DNA from: Lingula anatina
Lineage: Eukaryota; Animalia; Brachiopoda
Assembly: GCA_051362555.1 (NCBI GenBank)
Contig: CM120640.1
Coordinates: 39,720,788-39,784,787, forward strand
DNA: 64,000 bases
Direction: 5' to 3'
The position numbers were made by a program, and so were the translations under genes. Below the pieces are notes generated by a model. The model had not been told where the DNA came from and ran no database searches. It was given only the letters and a program-made list of their open reading frames with translations. Position 1 is the stretch's first letter, and the number at the start of each line of letters is the position of its first letter. Below are positions 11,887 to 31,692 of this stretch, in pieces.

Positions 11887-13323
11887 ATGGAAGGCGGAAG
11901 CGACATCCTTGTTCGCAATAGACATAGACACGATGCAGCCTCTAAACTCCAGATAATTGCAGTGCTCGTAGCATGCTTAGGACCCATGTCTTTTGGCTTC
12001 GTTCTAGGGTACACCTCTCCTACACATCAGCAAATGAAAGACGAGAAAATCCTCACAGACAACGAAGCGTCATGGTTCAGTGCCCTCGTAGCAATAGGGG
12101 CAATCGTAGGAGGGCCGGTTGCTGGCCAGATGGTCGGCTGGTGTGGACGTAAACTGACCATCATGCTTGGAGCTATACCTTTCGTAGTTGGCTGGATGCT
12201 TATTGCCTATCAGAAAAGACTATGGATGTTACTTGTTGGACGTTTCCTGAATGGTTTCGCCACTGGCTGGACATCTCTGTGTGTTCCACTCTACATAGCT
12301 GAGGTCGCTTCTAAACATCTCCGCGGTACCCTCGGGGCTTTTAACCAGTTGTCTGTGACTATCGGCATCCTTCTTGCTTATGGACTTGGGATCCCTCTTT
12401 CCTGGTCCTGGTTGGCAGTATCCGGGGCAGTGATTCCCACCTTAATGGCTGTCCTGATGGTTGTGATGCCAGATTCACCAAGATGGTTGCTAAGGCAAAA
12501 ACGAATGATTGACTCACGCACGAGCCTGAAGAGACTAAGAGTAAAGTCAAGTGATGCTGATGAAGAGTATGATGAAATGTTACAGCACATGACAGATGAT
12601 GATCAGCCATTTTCGCTTGGCCAATTCCGACAGCCAGACCTTTACCACCCCTTGTTGATCAGTGTGGGTCTCATGGTGTTCCAGCAGTTCAGTGGCGTCA
12701 ATGCCATCATGTTCTATGATGCTCCTATCCTTGAAAAGGCAGGTTTTTGTGAACCAAAGACTGCAGCAGTTATTGTGGGTGCAGTGCAAGTGGTGGTGAC
12801 ATTCCTGGGGAGTCTGCTCATGGAGAAAGCCGGAAGGAGAGTCCTGCTAATTCTGGCAGGGATATTGATGACATTGAGCAGTGGGTTGTTTGGTTTATAC
12901 TTTTTTCTCACCAAGCATTTAGGTATTGATATTACTGGCTGGCTGTCTGTGGTATGTTTGGTTGTATTCGTCTCTGCATTTGGGATAGGCTGGGGTCCCA
13001 TTCCATGGATTATAATGTCAGAGGTGTTCCCAGCCAGGGCCACAGGCACTGCCAGCGGGATATCTATCTTTACTAACTGGCTGGGAGTCTTTCTAGTGAC
13101 TTTCTTCTATACTACACTGGACCATTCACTGACTAGCTATGGGGCCTGGTGGCTGTTTACAGGGCTGAACCTCCTCGGTGTGGTGTTTGTTTTTATCTTT
13201 GTTCCCGAGACTAGAGGTCACACACTAGAGCAGATCCACACCTCTTTCCGGTCAACAGCTGGGAGGTCGAGTGACCAAACAGATGAAGAAGAGGCTCTCA
13301 TTAATCATGCTAATATATCTTGA
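11887..13323 (+). CDS. Intronless MFS sugar porter, Tret1 / GLUT8 (SLC2A8, class III)-like, 478 aa
   Basis: About 12 hydrophobic segments and sugar-porter motifs GRK, GRFLNG, PLYIAEVA, RGTLG, PDSPRWL, QQFSGVN, GRRVLL, GPIPW.IMSEVFP and VPETRG; ATG in aaacATGG context. Confidence 0.92.
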   Translation: MEGGSDILVRNRHRHDAASKLQIIAVLVACLGPMSFGFVLGYTSPTHQQMKDEKILTDNEASWFSALVAIGAIVGGPVAGQMVGWCGRKLTIMLGAIPFVVGWMLIAYQKRLWMLLVGRFLNGFATGWTSLCVPLYIAEVASKHLRGTLGAFNQLSVTIGILLAYGLGIPLSWSWLAVSGAVIPTLMAVLMVVMPDSPRWLLRQKRMIDSRTSLKRLRVKSSDADEEYDEMLQHMTDDDQPFSLGQFRQPDLYHPLLISVGLMVFQQFSGVNAIMFYDAPILEKAGFCEPKTAAVIVGAVQVVVTFLGSLLMEKAGRRVLLILAGILMTLSSGLFGLYFFLTKHLGIDITGWLSVVCLVVFVSAFGIGWGPIPWIIMSEVFPARATGTASGISIFTNWLGVFLVTFFYTTLDHSLTSYGAWWLFTGLNLLGVVFVFIFVPETRGHTLEQIHTSFRSTAGRSSDQTDEEEALINHANIS

Positions 13324-13408
13324 ATTTATTATGAAAATGTCCCAGAAATTGGCAGCTCAATATCAGTTTGTTTTCACGAAATGTGTAAAATATTTAAATA
13401 GTGGTACC

Positions 13409-13983
13409 TTCAGATATGTCCTAAGACCGATTGTTCTTTTTAACGGAATAACATGTCCACTACTAGTAATTAAGGAGATTCTTAACAGAGTAGGATTTGT
13501 TGCTCATGCTTTAAACTAAGATCTAATATACCGTTTATTAGATCTTAGCTTTAAAGAAATAGTTGTAGATTTAGAATCATATTTTCCAGGATGATTGTTT
13601 GTTTTAAATTAGATGAAATTGATAAAGTTGAACAACTTTCTTTGAGATACTCTTTTTTTTTTGCAGTAAACTAAATTAATATATATATATATATAATTCA
13701 GATATGTCCTAAGACCGATTGTTCTTTTTAACGGAATAACATGTCCACTACTAGTAATTAAGGAGATTCTTAACAGAGTAGGATTTGTTGCTCATGCTTT
13801 AAACTAAGATCTAATATACCGTTTATTAGATCTTAGCTTTAAAGAAATAGTTGTAGATTTAGAATCATATTTTCCAGGATGATTGTTTGTTTTAAATTAG
13901 ATGAAATTGATAAAGTTGAACAACTTTCTTTGAGATACTCTTTTTTTTTGCAGTAAACTAAATTAATATATATATATATAATT
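13409..13983. repeat. Near-perfect tandem duplication with a 288-bp period in the transporter 3' region
   Basis: TTCAGATATGTCCTAAGACCG... starts at both 13409 and 13697; the copies differ only in poly-T and (AT)n length. Confidence 0.95.
13509..13555. mobile_element. 33-bp hairpin remnant flanked by a 7-bp direct repeat (CTTTAAA); P-element-like footprint; second copy at 13797-13843
   Basis: CTTTAAA-CTAAGATCTAATA-TACCGTT-TATTAGATCTTAG-CTTTAAA. Confidence 0.6.
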
Positions 13984-15286
13984 AAAGTTTATGTACAGCA
14001 TTTAATAAAAATACAGTCACTGTCATTATTAAATGAAAGTTAATCAATATTTTTCTAACCATATATTGCACAACAACATATATAGCATTGCACAAAACCA
14101 CAAATGTAGTTCGGGGAATACAGTATGTAATTGAAATATATCTCACTTATTTAAATGCCTCATGTTACAAAACCCTTGTAAATATTTTGAGATTATACAA
14201 AAGGGTGAAGGGTTATTTATTTAAATTCAACTTGGTGAAATGATATAATGTTTTTACGAAAGAAGTGTGGTATCAAAGTAACCATTTTCTTTTGTTTAAC
14301 CTAAGCAGAAGAGGTTTTTTTTTTCATTTTCTTTATGACCTCGTGATTGGTATATCATTCTGAGGTTGTTGGGGAAAAAGTGAGATTGAACAGAACTGTT
14401 GCATTTGCATTATTCAAGTCGTATATTTGGGACTAGGTGATGAAAGAAGTGTCATTATTTCCATTGATTTTTTTTTATACAGTTTGGCTGAAGTATACAA
14501 TCATGTAGTATGTTCAGTCTCTTAATTTAAGTGACAGTATGTAGTGACTTCAGTTGTAGGTAAACTTGTGTACATTTCTTGCAATTGATGGCAATTAAGA
14601 TGGCCTCTGTGCTGTGCTCTCAGGAGGCACAACAAGTACCTGTTTGGCTGATGTGTAAACCAATTTTACTTCAGTAATATCTGAAAATGAAAATTATTCT
14701 CTTTTGCTTCATACTGACTGGGGTCACACATTAGATTTAAAAGATCAGTGCAGAGAATGGACCTCATTAGTATTTTTTTTCAAAATGCATCCCTGTTTTG
14801 TGTGTTTGAGTATGTGTTTTCCCATATAATAACATTCCTATTGGGATATCTTGAAAATGGAAATACCATTTTACTTCACACTTGCTATTTTTTTCTGCTA
14901 AAATACAGGTTTAAATTGAAAATGAACTCAATCATGTTATAAGTTCAGAAGTAGTATTTTTATTAATATTGGTTGTTGCCTATTTAATCTTGATACAGAT
15001 AATGAGCTGTATATTTGTCAGCTTCAGCTGGCTTGTTCATGGCGCTCATGAATTATTTCAGCAAAAACTACAAATAATGTTAGTATCTTGGTGTGTTTGT
15101 GCAATATTGTTACTTATATCAAATTGAGATGAGAGGTAATCTCAATATTTATTATTGATTTTTATCAAAAAAATTAAGTAAAATAAAATGCTGAGATTAT
15201 AGGTAGTTTTTATTTGAAGAGTTGTTTTGCCATTGTTTAATTTCAAACTATATCTTATTAAATTAAAATAGAAGCCTATTGTTTAA

Positions 15287-15454
15287 CGGTGTGACAGGAA
15301 TGGTAGTCCTAGGAATGGAAGTCCTGGGTCCCATACGATTAGTACAGGTTAGGGTTAGTCAGAGTATTGGGATTAGAATATGGGACGAGGGTCACTAGTA
15401 CAAAGTAATGGGGTTCGTACGTCCTAGCGGACTACAGTTCTTCATGTCATACCG
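15287..15454 (+). mobile_element. MITE family A (TIR CGGTGTGACA...TGTCATACCG, internal GGTTAG units), copy 1
   Basis: TIRs visible; homologous to 42357-42501 and 50792-50955. Confidence 0.8.
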
Positions 15455-18041
15455 GGAATGGAATGGCTGATAGAATTGTTTGCTTCTGGTGTAGGTCCAA
15501 TGTGTTAGCGAAGACGTTACGCGCGCTGGCGCAAACTGAATGCGTTACTCCTCACTGACTCTCGACGCGTTACGAATCTCGCTTAAAAATATTCACTCAT
15601 TAGCCTTATGTAATGTATGTCAGTTTTTTCCAACTGCCGAAACAAGCCTTTTAATAAACATTTTCATTTGCTACAAATGCGTTAGCAGGATGTTTCCCTA
15701 GCCGCGAGTTGACACATTTTATAATAAATGGCCACGCTTGACACGTCGCCGTATACAACCGTCTTATCGGCCTTGTACGTTTTGGAGTGCGGACACAAGG
15801 CCCCCTAGAATTCCTTCACCGTGAACGTAAAAAAGCTATCACCGCGCCGGGAGCGCACGTATGGTTCCTCAAGTACTGACAAGTTGGAGAGGCTGGGGTT
15901 TACTCTATCGCTCAAGCATTAGCTTGGTTAACAAAACAGTATTTCATCCGTCCGTTTGAGAAGTAACAACTAAATTTTGTTTGATAATCTGAATTGTTTG
16001 TCGCGTTAATCCCATGTTCACTTGAACGCGGCCACACGGTCGTGTCAAACACGCGGAGTCCTCTCGCGATAAACCCCTCTTATCACTTGTTGGGCAATTA
16101 GAATTTAGTCACGAGTGTCAATACAAACATACGCCAGGCGAATTTGTCGATCCATTTGACGTGTTCCTCGGTACAGAGCACGGCTGTTTGACTGTTTTCT
16201 GAATGGAATCGCTGGTGGGACAAACATGTGTACGTTCCTGTGGGAAAATCTATGGTTGTAGAATTAGTTAATATTGAACTCTAAATTCCAACAACGCTAT
16301 TTGAGAACATGTTTGCCCTTGGTGTTTAGTCACTATCACCTTGCGGTTTTCAGGTCTTATCGATGGACGAAACTAATATGCATTTCTCTGTTATTATTTT
16401 GCGAAAAAAAAAATCCGCGGCCTTGTCTATGTTTGCTAAGTTTGGTTGTCTTTGAGTGATACGCCCATAAAAGTATTTCGCGAAAAAAGACGCAAATTGT
16501 TAGTAAAAAATTAACGGAGTCAATTGCTCTAAGAGCTCCTGGATGAATGACCAAGAGGGCCATAATATAGAAGCAGGTACAGGAATTATTTCACATGAAT
16601 TAAAATGTGCCCTTTTTTTCCCGTACGTCAAATCTATCCACATTGAAAGGGAGTTTTTTGATAGGGATAATGATGTCTGGCCGGAGTTCGTTTTCAGTGT
16701 ATTGTTTAGGTTCGTGCTGTGGATGAAAGGTTCAGTTTTTCCAGTTCGCTATCAGAAAATCCACATTGAATTCGTTCAAAACACTGCTTTCCAGTCTTGA
16801 GTTACCAAGTAACTTCTGATAGTGGCTTGAATCTACACAAGAATAGCGCGCTATGGAGACGGGGCTATGCGAGTTTACCGACGGGGACAGACCGCCTAAA
16901 CCTAGTTCACAGCTGAACGTATGCCAGAGGGCGTCATTTTACCCAGCAGCATATTTTTGCACCCCGAGAGGGACCCTGTGATAAATTGGATTTGTTTTTG
17001 CGAGGAGCTCGTTACTGACATCGGGGGCGCGAGATGACACCGAGCCTTGCATGGCGGACGTTGCACGGGCTGCCGAGAAAGTAGCCGCGCACAATTTTAT
17101 CCCTGCTTTATGATATAGTTAATTGCATGCAATAGAAGTGATTCGCAGCTTAGTGATCAACTCGAGGATTGCCCAGCTACAATAGCTGCCATATCAGGTT
17201 TTATTGTGCTTAAGAAAAACGAGTGATAATCGACAAGTGATTAATAGGGGTGAGTTCTGCTTCTGTCAACAATGAAAAGTCATAAAAATGCCAATCAAGT
17301 GCACGGGGAAATACATCCCAATTTAATTGTGAAGTGATTTATCAGATATGCGCAATCCCTGATCTAACACTAGAAATATGAGGCTCACTTAGGTCCGAGT
17401 ACACTTTATTACGCACGTGCTTACAACCCGAAATGCGGAACGACGGTGGTGGATAGACGTACAAACTGCAAGGGATGCTGCACCAATATATACGTGACTT
17501 CGGGTTAATCCCACTGCATTCACTGTATTCAAACTAAGGCCCATCTATTTGTTTGGTCCTTGATTCAAATAAATATCCGCCAGAATACTGTGTTGATGCT
17601 GTTGACGATGGATGAATTATTATATTAAATATCTTCTTTTTTTATTTTCATGCCAAAATTTACTTTTGCAAAATAAGCAGATTTTTAATTATTTCAATAT
17701 ATTTTACATCTGTATATTTTCATGTAATACATCAACATTACATTTTCATTGTCATTTTATGCCAGCAAGGATTCATTATATTGCAGAACGTTTTGATAGT
17801 CCAAAAAGGCGAACAATTATTGTATGTACCATATGATGCCGAGTTTCCAAAAGTCTTTATCGTAGATTGATAGTTAGGTTTTTTAATTTGTTTTTTACTT
17901 CAAATAAAACAGTTATCAAACACAAACACATTTTACGAGAATAAAAGACCATTGGAACTTTATAGGGAGTGGTTATAGGTATACTAACCGGGATTATCTA
18001 GCCAAAATTGAAATCAGATTTTCCTCGGCAAATAGTACTTT

Positions 18042-18075
18042 GATATACCAAGAAGTTGTAACTTCTTGGATATAC
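18042..18075. mobile_element. 20-bp hairpin remnant flanked by a 7-bp direct repeat (GATATAC); P-element-like footprint
   Basis: GATATAC-CAAGAAGTT-GT-AACTTCTTG-GATATAC. Confidence 0.55.
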
Positions 18076-19655
18076 CAATTACTGTGCGACCTACATACCT
18101 GCACTTAGAGTTGATGTTTTAGACCATTTTTAATTAAATCTTAAACCGCCATGTCTTTCTGTACATTTAAGTGGGAAATATCGAAATATCGCACTTTTAT
18201 TTGAGTGCTTTATCGTTTTTATTGTCTGAATTGGGTAACAGTAGCTTTACAGAATAGGTACACAGAAAATATCAGAAAGTACTTTTTTAAGTGAACTTAT
18301 TTACGTCAGGAAAAGAAAATAACGTTTTGCATGGTTTGTGAAGGTAATGTAATTGGTGAACATTTCGTTTGAAAATGCAAAAAGAAAAAAAGCTACCTCT
18401 CTTTCATATCGAAAAATGTTCTCTGTACCAAATTTTAAGACACCAGTGACGCGCCAAAAAACTGGGCGTAAACCTTTGGAACAAAAGAAATCCAAGCTTT
18501 TTTTAAAGAAAGGGACGAATCAACATACACGGCCCTTTCGTCATTGAGTATTTGAAGTGTGAGTCACCCTCTCAAGTCTGTATCGGTGACACATTTTACA
18601 GAATAATTACACTGATAACCCTTCAGTGTCATTATTTTTCTGTTGGGGTCAAGCATAGGGGCGCACCGAGAAGAGGGAAAGCCTTTATGAAGACATTTGA
18701 TTATAAGACGCATACTTCTCCAATTAATGTAAATATTCATTGGGCGATTGTTAAGGGCTTCGCCTGAACAATTAGGGTCTAATTTAAGACATGAATTATT
18801 GGTCGTTTGTCGCCATTTCGTAGAGATTGAAAGTAATGAAAAGGCCGTTATGATTTCCTTGTACACGACTTATGATGTATGCCTTTATTACAATTCACCA
18901 CACTATGAAATAATTAATTCTCTTTTATAGTAGGACGCAGATTATGAATTCAGAGCTGCATAAACATTAATAATTATGTACAGGTCTCGTGTCACTTATC
19001 TTTTTGCCCTCATCCTGAGTGGTTAAACAAATTAAATCATTCGATGATACGACATGATGAAAATTTAATGGCATTTCATAGCAATATGTTTCTTGCTGGC
19101 ACACGAACGTTGCAGGGTTGATTTTTGGTGTAACGGTGGGCGGCTTTTAAACTTCAAGATGGACACTTTTATGGGGACATTTCAATTCAGTCCCACGATT
19201 GTGGACAGTCATTGCGTAAAAAGCCCAAAAGATTTCCTTAAGTTACGCAACATTTTTGTGTAAAAATCACCCCTCACCTAGCTCCCGGTGATAGCCCACC
19301 TGTGAGTTCAAATGTACATTTCCCAGGTGAGAGGAAAGGTAAATAGAGATCTAATAGACCGACTTTAGTTAACCAGGGAATTGATAACCAATGTTATGCC
19401 ACAGTTGGTGGTCGCAACACAATGCAGATAATAATATGATACTATGGAGTATTTATCATAGGCATGTAACTCCGCCGTTTTTGCCCTTAAAATTTGATAG
19501 AAAAAACGTAACACATTAATATAATCTGCTTTGAGAAATGCTGATTTTTTGTGTGATTTTATCCATGTAATAAACGAGTAAATAACTAAAGGTGTAAGAT
19601 AGAGAGGAAACATTAATTTAATGACCGTATTCATTTTACTCTAGATTTGAATAAA

Positions 19656-19656
<1 letters not shown>

Positions 19657-19702
<46 letters not shown>
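19657..19702. repeat. (ATT)n microsatellite
   Basis: Seen directly. Confidence 0.95.
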
Positions 19703-21839
19703 GTCTTTCAATACGTCACACTACAAACACACAATCATGTTGTGCCCATACATGGTCATTTCGTTTCATGTTTTATCTTTATTTTTTCACTCCTGGTTTT
19801 TTTTTCTCCTTTTTTCCACTTAAAGTTAAATTCTTGAATTAATTTGTAAAATGTCAGGGATATAATATAGGCGAGTTTATTACGGCAAGTGCGTATATTT
19901 CGTGTTTGAAAAAGTTCGGTTTACAGAAAAATACAAATAATTCAATAATACAGAACTATTCTTTTTTAATATTACAGAATCTAAAAATGTCACATGATTT
20001 ATTGAATTTGAACGTTACGGAACATATTTTGTAAATTTTATTAGGAAAAAAAATGAATAAATGAAGGTTTCAAAAAATCAGATTTAGTCACCTCCTATTT
20101 TAACCATTGTTCACAGGAACAGAAAGATCTTAGACCAAGCAATGATCTCATATCTCGTGGACCACCGAAGTATCGCTACCCACTGCTGGGCTGGGAATAT
20201 GTGCGTTCCTGCTGCTTGCAAAGTCGGTAAAAACCATCATCGTGCTGTGAGAATTGCTGCCGATTTACCAATCGGGGAATGTAAATTAATTGTGTTTTTC
20301 AGCACATCCAATGAGGCTTCTCACAATTCGGCAATGAGCCACTGCGGAGCTGTTGTTCAGTTCTGTGTTCTATCCCGGAGACCGGGGGATTTCATTTCAA
20401 TTTTTGCCTCACAGGTGTGACACCGGCCCGTCATCCATCTCCCTGACACGAAACCACGCGGGGGTTTTGTTTACAAATTTGGCGCTGGTTCGCATCACTT
20501 GAATGGCAACCACTATTTATTAACTTTATACGACCGAGTAAGTTTGGCCGATAGTTAAAACCTGTAATTCAAAAACTAAAAATGGCACCATAAGATTTTG
20601 AAAATTAAAATTCATAATAACAGTTTTCTCGTTAAATGAGCGAGCATGGATTTATTTTTATAGATATAAATATTTTCCAAATGTTCAATTTTCAGCACAA
20701 TATAAAGTTCAGCACAGATAAATGTACTCAGTGACCGCGACCTTGCCATATTATGTTATTCACCTCAAGCATCCCAGGTCTAAAACCCATGCAGGATTTA
20801 TGCCGTAAGTCTTTGTTCGCGTGTGTGGGATGCGGTCTGCTTTAATGAAAATTTGACAAACAATTTAATTCGCTATTAATAGTTATCAGAGACTTATTAA
20901 ATCGGAGCTTCGGTAATTAACTTCATAACATTTAACGGGTTTGGAAACGCCGATAATATGTATCGCCAGCTTGTCTTCCGCTATTTTTGCAGAATGTACC
21001 ATGATAGAGATTTTTAAACAGCAATGAAAACGCCTATGTACCCATGTACTTAAGTCAAAAATATGGGACGCGACAAATGACAAAGGTAAATGACCAGGAA
21101 TCTGTTTTATACCCGCTGGCTACGAAACCATGCAACTCGGCTGGCACAGACACGGCTAAACGAGGGAATGGGTATTAACATCCGTTACATTGAAACAAAT
21201 CGTTATCAGTTAATTAATGTGATTTTTAAACAAACTTATCTGAGAGGATTGGGTTCAAAAAGATATCACCCCTGTACCGTTACCACCGCAACTCTTCAAA
21301 GTACCAGATTAAGTGAAAAGCTTGATTTACAAGACAAGAGAGGCCCGGGTTTTTCTATGCAAGCTACAACCAAGATAAACTCCAATTCAGGTTATCACAC
21401 TGTGTTCATAGTGACAACCGTAAAATGATAAAAATATGACAATTCTGACGAAGATTTGTTGACACACACTGTGTTATAACATTGACTGACAGCTTTATTG
21501 CCCAGGCGCTAGACCATCCTTAAACTGAGCAACATTAGAATGACACACATCTACTTGCTTTTGTCCTCATTATTTGTCGAACAGTCTGTTTTGAATCTTA
21601 GTATGGGAAAACATATTTGAAATAAAATCCATGATGTTAAGTAATTGGCGGATTTTCCATTTTCCCACCAAAAGAAATATGAAAAACAAAAAATGTGCGT
21701 GCGTGCGCGTATTGTTGGTGCGTGCTTACGTGAATGATATTCCAATCTGATGATCATATTCGCTTGCCTTGGAAGTAGCCATCTGCCGAATACTTGATTG
21801 ACTTTCAGAAAGACACAGCGAATCTGATTATTAACAGTC

Positions 21840-22325
21840 TTATCACCACTGTAATGTGCAACGACCAATCGGGTTGTTCTAAACACATCCTAGCTACTCC
21901 AAACCTTGCAGGCATTTGACCAATCAGAGAGCGTTTTAATTCAACAGGTCGACTTTAGCAGCGCATCAAAGAGTCATTAATCTAAGTAGCTAGCTAGTGA
22001 TTAATGGGCTCCTCACAATACCTTCAAACTTATGAAGAGATAACATTAAAGCAAGAAGTCGGGAGAAGGCCGAGTTGATATAGGGACAAGTTGTGGCGCA
22101 CAGAAATCACTTTCACCTTTGCTCATCCATGTTAACGACACAGCGCCGCTACTAGGTGCAGTGCTAGCAGTAATCTCCACCACTTACTTGAACAAGTACA
22201 GGACCCACAACAGCTACATGTACAGCTGAGAGGAACACGGCGACTTTAGTGCGTAGATATTTTTTGGTTAACTTAGTTTGTTACTGTTTGTCTACTTAGG
22301 CTTCAAGACGGATCCAACACTGGAT
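21840..22325 (+). promoter_or_regulatory. Nkx6 proximal promoter / 5'UTR
   Basis: CCAAT boxes at about 21866 and 21920 and ATTAAT homeodomain motifs at about 21976 and 21999, directly upstream of exon 1. Confidence 0.5.
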
Positions 22326-31692
<9,367 letters not shown>

